Positions 1 to 8,751 are shown, counted from the stretch's first letter. The stretch: DNA of 26,962 nt from an uncultured Erysipelotrichaceae bacterium (GCA_964457525.1 CAYWGS010000011.1:1-26962); one strand, 5' to 3'. Program-made: numbers and translations. The notes: a model not told the origin generated them from the letters alone.

Positions 1-53
1 ATTTACATAGATTCTTTTTTTATAGAAAAATAGTAAACGCTTTCAAAAAAATG

Positions 54-82
54 TTGACAAGAATATTAAGAATTGATATTGT
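54..82 (+). promoter_or_regulatory. sigma-A type promoter of the thiolase-to-TetR operon
   Basis: TTGACA at 54-59, a 17-nt spacer, then TATTGT at 77-82 preceded by TG at 74-75 (extended -10). The predicted TSS near 89 lies downstream of the ORF-track ATG at 83. Confidence 0.6.
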
Positions 83-139
83 ATGAATATAAAAGATGAA
101 TCACCTTTCATATTTGATTTATCAAAGGGGTATAAAGAA

Positions 140-1345
140 ATGAGTAAAGTGTATATTGTAAGTGCTAAGCGTTCAGCGACAGGTTCCTTTTTAGGGACTC
201 TTAAGAACATGTCTGCGGGCGATTTAGGTGCAGAGGTTTTAAAGTCAATCTTAAATGAAACTAAGATTGATCCAAAAGAAATTGATGAAGTGATTATGGG
301 TAATATCTTGCCAGCTGGACAAGGGCAAGGGGTCGCGCGTCAAGTTGCGATTAAAGCAGGAGTTCCTGTGGATGTACCAGCGTATAGCTTAAATATGGCT
401 TGCGGATCTGGTATGAAGGCAGTTATGAATGCTTATACAAGTATTAAAGCAGGTTTACATCATTGTGTTGTCGCGGGTGGTGTTGAGATCATGAGTGGTG
501 CTCCATACTTACTACCAAAAGAAGTTAGAAGTGGTTATAAGATGGGTCAATTAAATTTAACAGACCACATGATTTACGATGCATTAACCGATGCATTCGA
601 AGGAATCCACATGGGTGTTACAGCAGAGAACATTGCGGCTCGTTATAACATCTCTCGTTTAGAACAAGAACAATTTGCTTATAATTCTCAATTAAAAGCA
701 ATCAAAGCAGTCGATGGGGATGTATTCAAGAATGAAATCGTTCCAATCAAAGTTAAATTAGGAAAAGAAGAAGTCAGTTTTGAGAAGGATGAGTATCCAA
801 ATCGTAAGACAGACTTAGATAAATTAGCTGGATTAAAACCAGCATTCAAGAAAGATGGAGTTGTAACTGCCGGTACAGCTTCAGGCTTAAATGATGGAGC
901 AAGCATTACGTTGATTGCTTCAGAAGAATTTGTTAAAAAACATAACTTAACACCGATCGCAGAAGTTGTGGCGATTGGACAAGGTGGTGTAGAACCAAAT
1001 GTAATGGGTCTTGGCCCAACCCCTGCCATTCGCCACGCACTTAAGCATGGTAATCTATCCTTAAGTGATATCGATGTCTTCGAACTTAATGAAGCGTTCG
1101 CAGCTCAAAGCTTAGGGGTTGTACATGAACTAAGTGAAGAACACAAAGTATCAAAAGAAGAGATTATGAATAAGACAAATCCACATGGTGGTGCAATTGC
1201 TTTAGGTCATCCAGTAGGAGCAAGTGGTAATCGTATCTTGGTTACACTTGTACATGAATTGCATACATTAAACAAAAATATCGGTTGTGCTTCTCTCTGC
1301 ATTGGTGGAGGAATGGGCACAGCGATAATCGTTAAGAAAGCGTAA
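140..1345 (+). CDS. acetyl-CoA C-acetyltransferase (thiolase II), 401 aa
   Basis: Frame of ORF 83..1345. Start moved to ATG 140 (MSKVYIVSAKRS, a typical thiolase N-terminus) with SD AAAGGGG at 124-130. The ATG at 83 abuts the -10 box. Thiolase signatures are visible: NMACGSGMKAV (acyl-Cys), NPHGGAIALGHPVGASG (His) and GCASLCIGGGMG (C-terminal Cys). Confidence 0.95.
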   Translation: MSKVYIVSAKRSATGSFLGTLKNMSAGDLGAEVLKSILNETKIDPKEIDEVIMGNILPAGQGQGVARQVAIKAGVPVDVPAYSLNMACGSGMKAVMNAYTSIKAGLHHCVVAGGVEIMSGAPYLLPKEVRSGYKMGQLNLTDHMIYDALTDAFEGIHMGVTAENIAARYNISRLEQEQFAYNSQLKAIKAVDGDVFKNEIVPIKVKLGKEEVSFEKDEYPNRKTDLDKLAGLKPAFKKDGVVTAGTASGLNDGASITLIASEEFVKKHNLTPIAEVVAIGQGGVEPNVMGLGPTPAIRHALKHGNLSLSDIDVFELNEAFAAQSLGVVHELSEEHKVSKEEIMNKTNPHGGAIALGHPVGASGNRILVTLVHELHTLNKNIGCASLCIGGGMGTAIIVKKA

Positions 1346-1356
1346 GGGACAGAACA

Positions 1357-2076
1357 ATGAAATTAGATGGTAAAGTAGCAATTATTACAGGTGGTGCAAG
1401 AGGTTTAGGTCAAGCAATGGCAGAGGAATTTGCGAATGCTGGGGCTAAAGTTATTGCGGCTGATATGGGTGAATTAAGTTATTCTCATCCAAATGTAGAA
1501 GGTTACAAACTTAATGTGACGGATTCAGAAGCTTGTTTAAAATTCTTCAATGATGTCGTCGAAAAATACGGTAAAATTGATATTCTAGTTAATAATGCAG
1601 GAATTACTCGTGATGCATTAACACGCAAGATGACTGAAGAAATGTGGGACTTAGTTATTGATGTTAACCTTAAAGGTGTATTCAACTTAACTCGTCATGT
1701 GGGTCCTCATATGCAAGGTAATCAAACAGGATCCATTATTAACATCGCATCCATCGTTGGTGTGTTTGGAAATATTGGACAAGCAAACTATGCGGCTTCT
1801 AAAGCAGGTGTTATTGGTTTAACCAAGACTTGGGCTAAAGAATTTGCGATGAAGGGTGGCAATGTTCGTGTCAATGCGATTGCGCCTGGATATGTTATGA
1901 CCGATATCTTAAAGACTGTACCTCAAGACTTATTGGATAAATTCGCAGCAATGACGATGTTAGGTCGTTTAGGACAACCAGAAGAAATCGCTAAAGTTGC
2001 GTTATTCTTAGCAAGTGAAGATGCATCTTACATTACAGGCCAGGTTATCGAACCTAATGGAGGCATGAGACTCTAA
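1357..2076 (+). CDS. fabG: 3-oxoacyl-ACP / acetoacetyl-CoA reductase (classical SDR, FabG/PhaB-like), 239 aa
   Basis: TGGARGLG dinucleotide motif, NNAGITRD, catalytic YAASKAG (YxxxK) and PGYVMTD. SD AAGGGA lies 7 nt upstream. Confidence 0.9.
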   Translation: MKLDGKVAIITGGARGLGQAMAEEFANAGAKVIAADMGELSYSHPNVEGYKLNVTDSEACLKFFNDVVEKYGKIDILVNNAGITRDALTRKMTEEMWDLVIDVNLKGVFNLTRHVGPHMQGNQTGSIINIASIVGVFGNIGQANYAASKAGVIGLTKTWAKEFAMKGGNVRVNAIAPGYVMTDILKTVPQDLLDKFAAMTMLGRLGQPEEIAKVALFLASEDASYITGQVIEPNGGMRL

Positions 2077-2969
2077 TGAAACAATACGAAGTCAAGACTT
2101 TACTCCTAAGTAATGGTGAAACCATTGCTTACCGTGAATGTGGACATGGGGATAAGACAATTATCCTTGTTCATGGAAACATGAGTTCTTCTGTTCACTT
2201 TCAAACTACGATGGAAGCTTTAGAAAATGATTTTAAAGTATATGCCGTGGATATGCGTGGATTTGGGGATAGTTCTTATAACTCAGAACTAAATAGCTTA
2301 CATGACTTCTCTATTGATATTCAATTATGGATTAAAGCATTAGACCTAACGAACTTTACGATCTTAGGTTGGTCTACCGGTGGTGGTGTTGTGCTCGAAT
2401 TAGCAGCTGATATGCCACAACGTGTAAACAAAGTATTATTACTCGATTCTGTTGGTATTAAGGGTTATCCAATGTTTAAGAAAGATGAGAAGGGTCAGCC
2501 AATCTTAACTCAACTTATCACAACAAAAGAAGAAATAGCAGCAGATGCAGTTCAAGTATTACCAATTCTTGGAGCGTATGCGACACGTAATAAAGATTTA
2601 TTAAAGATTATTTGGAACGCGGTTATTTATAATCTTAAGCAACCAAGTGAAGAAGATTATGATCTTTACTTAGACGCAATGTTAAAACAACGTAATTTAG
2701 TCGATGTAGACTATAGTCTCGTACACTTCAATATGACATTAGATCACAATGGAATTAACTCTGGAAGTGGAAGAATACAACTCGTGAAAGCACCAGTTGT
2801 CATCATGCATGGTAAAGTTGATTACGTTGTACCATTCGCTTATGCAGAAGAAATGAAAACATACTTCAAGGATCAAGCAACACTTATTCCGTTTGAAAAT
2901 GTTGGACATTCTTGCATAACCGATAACTTCGATTTATTTATACAAACAGTGAAAGAAAATGTGGCTTAG
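2076..2969 (+). CDS. alpha/beta-fold serine hydrolase, 297 aa
   Basis: HGN oxyanion region (ILVHGNMSSS), nucleophile elbow GWSTGG, C-terminal VGHS histidine. The start overlaps the fabG-like stop by 1 nt (TAATG). Confidence 0.85.
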   Translation: MKQYEVKTLLLSNGETIAYRECGHGDKTIILVHGNMSSSVHFQTTMEALENDFKVYAVDMRGFGDSSYNSELNSLHDFSIDIQLWIKALDLTNFTILGWSTGGGVVLELAADMPQRVNKVLLLDSVGIKGYPMFKKDEKGQPILTQLITTKEEIAADAVQVLPILGAYATRNKDLLKIIWNAVIYNLKQPSEEDYDLYLDAMLKQRNLVDVDYSLVHFNMTLDHNGINSGSGRIQLVKAPVVIMHGKVDYVVPFAYAEEMKTYFKDQATLIPFENVGHSCITDNFDLFIQTVKENVA

Positions 2970-3998
2970 ATGGAAAAAGTAAATATTGGAATTATGGGGG
3001 TTGGTGTATATCTCCCGTCAGAGGTGATGACTGCGCGTGAAATCGCAGACGCAACCAATGGAGTTTGGAGTGAAACCGCTGTTATTGATAAACTTGGAAT
3101 TGTTCAAAAAACAGTGCCAGGTGCAAATGACGGAACCCAAGAAATGGGTGCTCTTGCGGCAATCGAAGCAGTTAAAGATGCGGGAATTGACCCTAGTGAA
3201 ATTGATGTCATTCTATGTTTTGGAGAAGAGTGGAAAGAGTATCCTCTAACAACTTCTGCACTATACATTCAAGATCGTGTTAAAGCCGTTAATGCTTGGG
3301 GTATCGATGTACAAAATCGTTGTTGCACATCGGTAACTGCACTTAAGATGGCGAAAGACATGATGATTGCGGATGATGAAATCAAGACTGTACTTGTCTG
3401 TGGTGGATACCGTAATAGTGATTTCGTAGACTACACTGATAAGAATATGTCAATGATGTATAACTTATCTGCTGGTGGTGGTGCACTTATCTTACGTAAA
3501 GGATTAAATAAGAACTTATTATTAGGATCACATATTATCTCTGATGGGTCTCTTGCTCGTACAGCTGGAGTTGAAATTGGTGGTACGGTTAATCCTTATA
3601 ATAAAGAAAATATCGAAACAGGCTTTAAATCCCTCCGCTTAATGGATGCGGAAAAGATGAAAAATCGTTTAAATGAAGTATCACAAGGGAATTGGTTGAA
3701 ATGTATCGATCGTGCTCTTGAGAAATCAGGTTTAGAAAGAAAAGATCTTGGTTATCTTGATATTCTACATATTAAACGTTCTGCTCACTTAGGTATGTTA
3801 AAGGATTTAGGTCTAAATGAAGATCAAAGTATTTATTTAGAAAATTATGGACATATGGGTCAAGTTGACCAAATTCTATCTTTATCCCTTGCGCTTAAAG
3901 AAGGTAAAGTTAAAGATGGAACAGTTATATGTATGTTAGCGGCAGGCATTGGGTATGTCTGGGCAGCTAATATTGTGAAATGGGGAGTGGCTCAGTGA
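2970..3998 (+). CDS. 3-oxoacyl-ACP synthase III (KAS III/FabH)-like condensing-enzyme family protein, 342 aa
   Basis: FabH-like N-terminus (IGIMGVGVYLPSEVMTAREI). By-eye alignment to E. coli FabH places DVQNRCCTSVTAL on the active-site Cys, ILHIKRS on HQAN and YGHMGQV on HGNTSAA. The start directly abuts the preceding stop. Confidence 0.8.
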   Translation: MEKVNIGIMGVGVYLPSEVMTAREIADATNGVWSETAVIDKLGIVQKTVPGANDGTQEMGALAAIEAVKDAGIDPSEIDVILCFGEEWKEYPLTTSALYIQDRVKAVNAWGIDVQNRCCTSVTALKMAKDMMIADDEIKTVLVCGGYRNSDFVDYTDKNMSMMYNLSAGGGALILRKGLNKNLLLGSHIISDGSLARTAGVEIGGTVNPYNKENIETGFKSLRLMDAEKMKNRLNEVSQGNWLKCIDRALEKSGLERKDLGYLDILHIKRSAHLGMLKDLGLNEDQSIYLENYGHMGQVDQILSLSLALKEGKVKDGTVICMLAAGIGYVWAANIVKWGVAQ

Positions 3999-4870
3999 GT
4001 ACCTTTATCCAAATCTTACTTAGAAGCTTAGAGTCTGGAAGTGTCTATGCACTTGCGGCTTTAGGGATCATCATTATCTATCGTACGTCTAATATCACTA
4101 ACTTCTCGCAAGGGGTTGTTGGGATGTTTAATACCTACGTAGTAACCTATTTGTTTATGAAAACGGGGGCACCTTTGTGGTTGTGTATCTTGGGTGGTGT
4201 TGTCAGTGCGATAGTAGTAGGATTAACCATCGACTTCTTAGTTATTCGTCATACTAAGAAAGTCGCTCCAGTAGCGAAGCAAATTATAACACTGGGTTTG
4301 ATTATGGTTATTATGGGGATTGCGCCAATCTTGTTTGGTGTCGATCCATTGAATCTTCCACGTTTAATTAACGAAGGGAATTTAACCATTCTCGGTGCAA
4401 ATATCTCATACAATGGTTTGTTTAACATTGTGTTTGGTATCGTGATTATGTTTATCTTATTTTATATCTTACAGAAGACGAAAATTGGTCTTGCGGTTCG
4501 TACAACTGCAAGTAATGAATTTACAGCTCGCTTAATGGGTGTTCCAACTAAAACAGTTACCATGGGTGCTTGGGCTGTTGCAGGGGTCTTAGGGGTTTTA
4601 GCAGGTGTTATGATTGCGCCTACGACAACGGTTACCTTGAACTTAATGGATGTCGTGCAAATTAATGCCTTAATCGCTTGTGTTCTAGGTGGTTTCCAAA
4701 CCTTCTATGGTCCGATTTTAGGGGCTTATATCATTGGTGTGAGTCGTAACTTATTGATTTATTATGTTTCAAGTGTATGGGGTGGACAAATCCTTTATAT
4801 CTTGATCCTAATCTTCTTGATTTTTAGACCATATGGTTTAATCGGTAAGAAGACTGTGAAGAAAGTGTAG
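3995..4870 (+). CDS. branched-chain amino acid (HAAT family) ABC transporter permease, LivH-like
   Basis: Polytopic hydrophobic protein with a LivH-type N-terminus (LLRSLESGSVYALAALGIIIIYRTS). I prefer GTG 3995 because GGGGAG lies 7 nt upstream and GTGA overlaps the KAS III-like stop. The ORF-track ATG at 3980 has no SD but cannot be excluded. Confidence 0.85.
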   Translation: MSTFIQILLRSLESGSVYALAALGIIIIYRTSNITNFSQGVVGMFNTYVVTYLFMKTGAPLWLCILGGVVSAIVVGLTIDFLVIRHTKKVAPVAKQIITLGLIMVIMGIAPILFGVDPLNLPRLINEGNLTILGANISYNGLFNIVFGIVIMFILFYILQKTKIGLAVRTTASNEFTARLMGVPTKTVTMGAWAVAGVLGVLAGVMIAPTTTVTLNLMDVVQINALIACVLGGFQTFYGPILGAYIIGVSRNLLIYYVSSVWGGQILYILILIFLIFRPYGLIGKKTVKKV

Positions 4871-4877
4871 GTTAAAT

Positions 4878-5924
4878 ATGAACAAGTTAAATATCGAAAC
4901 ACTTTCAAGCAAAATTAAAAAACTATCTAAAAATCCGTATTTACAGTTTATCCTCTTTGGATTAGTGCTAAGTACATTGCCGATCCTGGCCAGCCAATTT
5001 TCCTTTATTAAATCAGCGTATATCACAACCATCGGTGCTACTCTGATTTATGCCATTGCCGCTTTAGGCTTGAACATCCTCCTCGGTTGGTCAGGATTAA
5101 TTTCCCTAGGTACAGCTGGGTTTATGGGTCTTGCGAGTTATATCTCAGCGTATCTTACGGTTGACATGCAGCTTCCATTCGAAGTTGCGTTACTTGCAGC
5201 CATACTTGTACCAACCATTATTGGTGTACTTGTTGGATTGGTCTCACTCAAAATCGAGGGTCTCTACTTAGCAATTGCGACCTTGGCGGTTTCAGAAATC
5301 TTACGAAAGACCTTCGAAGAGTTTGAGCCATTAACCGGTGCGTTTAGTGGTAAAGCAGCGAAGTATCCAATGTTATTCAATAGTATTCAATTGGATCGAG
5401 CTTCAACTTATTATCTAATTGTATTTATCTTAGTGATTATCATGTTAATTACCTATAACTTAGTGAATGGCCAAATGGGACGTGCATTAAATGCAATGCG
5501 TGGATCAGAAGCTGCAGCTCAAGCAATGGGTGTTAACTTACTTAAATATCGTTTAGTCGCATTTGCACTTGCGACAATCTTCGCATCTGTTGCGGGTGTA
5601 CTTTATGTTCACTTCATTCGTTATTCGTATCCGTCCACTTGGACACTTAAATTATCTCTGGATTTCTTAGCGATGATTGTTATTGGTGGGGTTCGCTCCA
5701 TTTATGGAACAGTCTTAGGTGCATTCATTGTGTTTGCGGTTCCTGATTTGTTCTTGAAACAAATTCCTTATTTCAGTCAATTGTCTTATACCTTAAATGG
5801 TATTCTAATTATCCTTGTCATTATGTTCTATCCAAATGGGATTGTAATGATCTTTAGAGATATTAAGAATGTATTCTTAAAATTATTCAAGAAAGGAAAT
5901 GGAAATCATGTTAGCGGAAAATGA
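4878..5924 (+). CDS. HAAT-family ABC transporter permease, LivM-like, 348 aa
   Basis: Polytopic membrane protein with a LivM-type core (LNILLGWSGLISLGTAGFMGLASY). Confidence 0.88.
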   Translation: MNKLNIETLSSKIKKLSKNPYLQFILFGLVLSTLPILASQFSFIKSAYITTIGATLIYAIAALGLNILLGWSGLISLGTAGFMGLASYISAYLTVDMQLPFEVALLAAILVPTIIGVLVGLVSLKIEGLYLAIATLAVSEILRKTFEEFEPLTGAFSGKAAKYPMLFNSIQLDRASTYYLIVFILVIIMLITYNLVNGQMGRALNAMRGSEAAAQAMGVNLLKYRLVAFALATIFASVAGVLYVHFIRYSYPSTWTLKLSLDFLAMIVIGGVRSIYGTVLGAFIVFAVPDLFLKQIPYFSQLSYTLNGILIILVIMFYPNGIVMIFRDIKNVFLKLFKKGNGNHVSGK

Positions 5925-6714
5925 AGTTCTGAAGATTGAGAACTTATCCATTGCCTTCGGTGGTTTAAAAGCTGTTGATAACTTATCGTTTGAAATAAAG
6001 AAGAATGAAATCTTTGGATTAATAGGTCCGAATGGTGCAGGTAAAACAACGGTGTTTAACTGTATTACGCAGTTCTATAAACCCAATGATGGAAAAATCT
6101 TATTTAGACTAAAAGATGGATCAGAAACAAATCTTGTGGATCATAAAGTTCACGAGATTATCAAACTTGGTTTAGTTCGTACGTTCCAAAACGTTGAGCT
6201 AATTCGTGAATTAAGTATTCTCGATAATGTAATGATTGGAGCTCATATTGACTTCAAGGCAACGATTATTGAACAAGCACTCCGTTTACCTAGAGCACGT
6301 AAAGAAGAAAAACAACTTCGTTCAGAAGCGGAAGAAATTCTAAAACGTTTAGGTATTTGGGAACGTAAGGATATGTTGGTCTTTGGTCAACCGTATGGAA
6401 TTCTAAAGAAAGTAGAAATGGCTCGTACACTTATGTGTCGTCCATCACTTATTATCTTGGATGAACCTGCAGCTGGCTTAAATGATGTCGAAACACTTCA
6501 ATTAGCAGAGTTGATTCGTACGATTCGTGATGAATTTAATTGTTCAGTTCTACTCGTTGAACATGATATGCGTTTAGTTATGGATGTGTGTGATCGTATT
6601 TGTGCTATTTCGTTTGGTAAGTTCTTAGCGAAGGATACTGCAAAAGAAATCCAAAAGAATAAAGCAGTCCAAGAGGCTTATCTTGGTAGCAACGAGGAGA
6701 TTCATCATGTCTAA
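5908..6714 (+). CDS. HAAT-family ABC transporter ATP-binding protein, LivG-like
   Basis: Walker A GPNGAGKTT, Walker B LIILDEPAAGLN, LVEHDM switch. Start is either ATG 5908 (AGGAA 9 nt upstream) or ATG 5899 (ORF track). The gene overlaps the end of the LivM-like gene. Confidence 0.88.
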   Translation: MLAENEVLKIENLSIAFGGLKAVDNLSFEIKKNEIFGLIGPNGAGKTTVFNCITQFYKPNDGKILFRLKDGSETNLVDHKVHEIIKLGLVRTFQNVELIRELSILDNVMIGAHIDFKATIIEQALRLPRARKEEKQLRSEAEEILKRLGIWERKDMLVFGQPYGILKKVEMARTLMCRPSLIILDEPAAGLNDVETLQLAELIRTIRDEFNCSVLLVEHDMRLVMDVCDRICAISFGKFLAKDTAKEIQKNKAVQEAYLGSNEEIHHV

Positions 6715-7426
6715 TACAGCGTTATACATAAAAGGCTTAAAGGTACGTTATGGTGCGATTGAAGCGCTAAAAGGTATCGATATGGAAGTTAAAGAAGGGG
6801 ATGTTGTTGCGATTCTCGGTGCTAATGGTGCTGGTAAAACGACAACCTTACGTACGATTTCTGGGTTAATTGAGCCAGCAGAAGGAAGTATTCTATTCTA
6901 CAATCATGAGATTGGAAAATTAGAACCTGAAAAGATTGCGGCTTTGGGATTATCCCAATCTCCAGAAGGACGTCAAGTATTTAGAGATTTAACCGTTGAA
7001 GAGAACCTAAAAGTTGGGGCTTTCACGGTAAGAGACAAAAAGATTGTTAAGGAACAATTCGAAAAAGTATATCGTTACTTTCCAGTGTTAAAAGAACGTA
7101 AGAATCAAATTGCCTCTACCTTATCCGGTGGGGAACAACAGATGCTTGCGATTGGTAGAGCACTTATGAGTAATCCTAAGATTTTACTTCTAGATGAACC
7201 ATCCTTAGGTTTAGCACCACTCATTATTCGCGATATTATGAACATTGTCTTAGAGATTAAGAAATCTGGTACTACAGTCATTATTGTTGAACAGAATGCG
7301 GCTCAAACCTTAAAGATTGCGGATTATGCATACGTGTTGGAACTTGGTGAAATTAGTACCCATGGTCCTGCACAAGAATTATTAAATGATCCTAAGCTCA
7401 TTGAAGCGTATCTCGGATCGCATTAA
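6707..7426 (+). CDS. HAAT-family ABC transporter ATP-binding protein, LivF-like, 239 aa
   Basis: Walker A GANGAGKTT, ABC signature LSGGEQQMLAIGRAL, Walker B LLLDEPSLGLAP. ATG 6707 has SD GAGGAG about 7 nt upstream and overlaps the LivG-like stop by 8 nt. The ORF-track start at 6683 is a non-ATG extension. Confidence 0.9.
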   Translation: MSNTALYIKGLKVRYGAIEALKGIDMEVKEGDVVAILGANGAGKTTTLRTISGLIEPAEGSILFYNHEIGKLEPEKIAALGLSQSPEGRQVFRDLTVEENLKVGAFTVRDKKIVKEQFEKVYRYFPVLKERKNQIASTLSGGEQQMLAIGRALMSNPKILLLDEPSLGLAPLIIRDIMNIVLEIKKSGTTVIIVEQNAAQTLKIADYAYVLELGEISTHGPAQELLNDPKLIEAYLGSH

Positions 7427-7428
7427 TT

Positions 7429-7437
7429 TGGTATAAA
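7429..7437 (+). promoter_or_regulatory. possible internal extended -10 promoter ahead of the binding-protein gene
   Basis: TGgTATAAA at 7429-7437, with no convincing -35. A weak 6-bp hairpin (AATGCT/AGCATT, 7436-7450) overlaps it. AAGGAGG at 7462-7468 is one of the strongest SDs in the operon. Confidence 0.3.
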
Positions 7438-7473
7438 TGCTGAAAGCATTATATATAAAAAAAGGAGGAATAC

Positions 7474-8703
7474 ATGATGTTTAAGAAGTTGTTTATGATT
7501 CTTACTGTTATGGCATTAGCTACAACTTTAGTAGCTTGTGGTCCAAAAGAAGAAGTCGTTGAAGAAGTTGCTGCACAAGGGATTACAGACACTGAAGTTC
7601 TAATCGCTAACTGTGCTGCTACATCCGGTGCATTTGCACCTGTTGGTGTACCGTTTATCGCAGGTATTGAAGCTTATTTAAAGACGATTAATGATGCAGG
7701 TGGTATCGATGGTCGTACGATTAAATTCTTACACCAAGATGATGAATTTGACCCTGCTAAAGGTAAGGCTTGTTTAGCTTCCATGGTAGAAGATGAAAAA
7801 GTATTCGCAATCGTTGGTCACTTCGGTACTCCAGTTGTTGGGGCTACTCTTGAAGATCTAAAAGACTACGGTATTCCAGCTGTTTACTTCGCAACTGGTA
7901 TCGGTCAACTTTACAATGATAAAGCTGAAGGTCGCGATCGTGGTATTATGCCTGTTCAACCAATCTATGTCACAGAAGGACAAATCATGGTTGCACGTGC
8001 TGTTGGGGATTTCGGTGCTAAATCAATCGGTATCATCTATACAAATGATGACGCTGGTAAAGACATCTTAGCTGGTGCTCAAAAGAAAGCTGCTGAATTA
8101 GGCGTTACTTTAGTTGAAGCTCAAGTTGCTCCTGGTACAGATGATGCATCTGCTGCTGTTACTACAATTAAAGAAGCTAACGTTGATTTCATTATTGGTG
8201 GTGCTATCCAAGCTACTATCCCTACAATTATCAAAGAATTAGCTGCTCAAGGTAATGACAAAGACGTTATCACAACTTATGTTAACGTTGCGCCAGTTAT
8301 CGCTGAAGCTGTTATGAATGAAATTGCTGGTAAATTTGATGTTTACGGTAATGGTTGGGTTTCTTTTGAAAGTGAAATTCACCAAAAAGCTTTAGCTGAC
8401 TATACTGCAGCAATCGCTCCTGAATACGCTGCTAATGCTTACGCTATGACTGGTTGGATTGCAGCAACATTCTTCGTTGAAGGTTTAAAACGTTTAGAAG
8501 GTGATAAAGTTATCACTTGGGAAAACTATTTAGACGCAATGGAATCTGCTCCTATTCAAAACCCATTCGGTGGTTTAATTGATTACAGTAACGGTTTACG
8601 TGCTGGTACTCAAGAAATGAACCTTTCCAAGATTAATCCTGAAGCTCCTACTAAGTGGGAAGTTGTTGACGGATTAAGATCAATGGATGATTTATTAAAT
8701 TAA
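7474..8703 (+). CDS. ABC transporter substrate-binding lipoprotein (type I periplasmic-binding fold, LivK/Peripla_BP_6-like), 409 aa
   Basis: Signal peptide with lipobox LVAC (Cys22). Typical family core GITDTEVLIANCAATSGAFAPVG...INDAGGIDGRTIKFLHQDDEFDP. Strong SD. Confidence 0.9.
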   Translation: MMFKKLFMILTVMALATTLVACGPKEEVVEEVAAQGITDTEVLIANCAATSGAFAPVGVPFIAGIEAYLKTINDAGGIDGRTIKFLHQDDEFDPAKGKACLASMVEDEKVFAIVGHFGTPVVGATLEDLKDYGIPAVYFATGIGQLYNDKAEGRDRGIMPVQPIYVTEGQIMVARAVGDFGAKSIGIIYTNDDAGKDILAGAQKKAAELGVTLVEAQVAPGTDDASAAVTTIKEANVDFIIGGAIQATIPTIIKELAAQGNDKDVITTYVNVAPVIAEAVMNEIAGKFDVYGNGWVSFESEIHQKALADYTAAIAPEYAANAYAMTGWIAATFFVEGLKRLEGDKVITWENYLDAMESAPIQNPFGGLIDYSNGLRAGTQEMNLSKINPEAPTKWEVVDGLRSMDDLLN

Positions 8704-8725
8704 TAAGATACAATAAATATGATCG

Positions 8726-8751
8726 GTTGCGGAAGGTAAACCTTCCGCAAC
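8726..8751 (+). other. GC-rich intercistronic hairpin (partial terminator or mRNA 3-prime stabiliser)
   Basis: GTTGCGGAAGG-TAAA-CCTTCCGCAAC, an 11-bp perfect stem. It is followed by ACCCTTTATGG, which is not a proper U-tract, so it is not a canonical intrinsic terminator. Confidence 0.5.

Noticed and set aside
62-80. Imperfect palindrome AATAT-N9-ATATT between the -35 and -10 boxes, considered as a TetR operator. The T5-ATAG-A5 motif at 17-30 was also considered.
   Set aside because: The arms are only 5 bp of pure A/T in an AT-rich promoter and could easily arise by chance. I cannot call an operator without footprinting or conservation data.
83-139. N-terminal 19-codon extension of the thiolase (ORF-track start at 83)
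   Set aside because: The ATG at 83 directly abuts the -10 hexamer and lies upstream of the predicted TSS. It has no SD. The ATG at 140 gives the canonical thiolase N-terminus and has a good SD.
96-143. 15-codon upstream ORF (MNHLSYLIYQRGIKK) whose TGA overlaps the thiolase ATG as ATGA
   Set aside because: There is no SD before its ATG and the leader is only about 50 nt. A chance ORF is likely in AT-rich sequence, and there is no accompanying attenuator structure. It is noted only as a low-probability leader peptide.
688-1685. Antisense ORFs 688..1029(-) and 1503..1685(-) from the ORF track
   Set aside because: Both lie entirely inside the strongly supported thiolase and reductase genes on the opposite strand. 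They have no SD and their translations show no recognisable motifs. They are typical shadow ORFs.
140-2969. Polyhydroxyalkanoate biosynthesis locus (phaA-phaB-phaC)
   Set aside because: The thiolase and reductase fit phaA and phaB. The third gene has a Ser nucleophile (GWSTGG), not the Cys lipase box of PhaC. No phasin, PhaR or PhaC-like gene is present in the window.
3037-3249. Same-strand alternative-frame ORF (70 aa) inside the KAS III-like gene
   Set aside because: It is out of frame within a gene whose own frame gives a coherent FabH-like protein. It has no SD and its composition is not protein-like.
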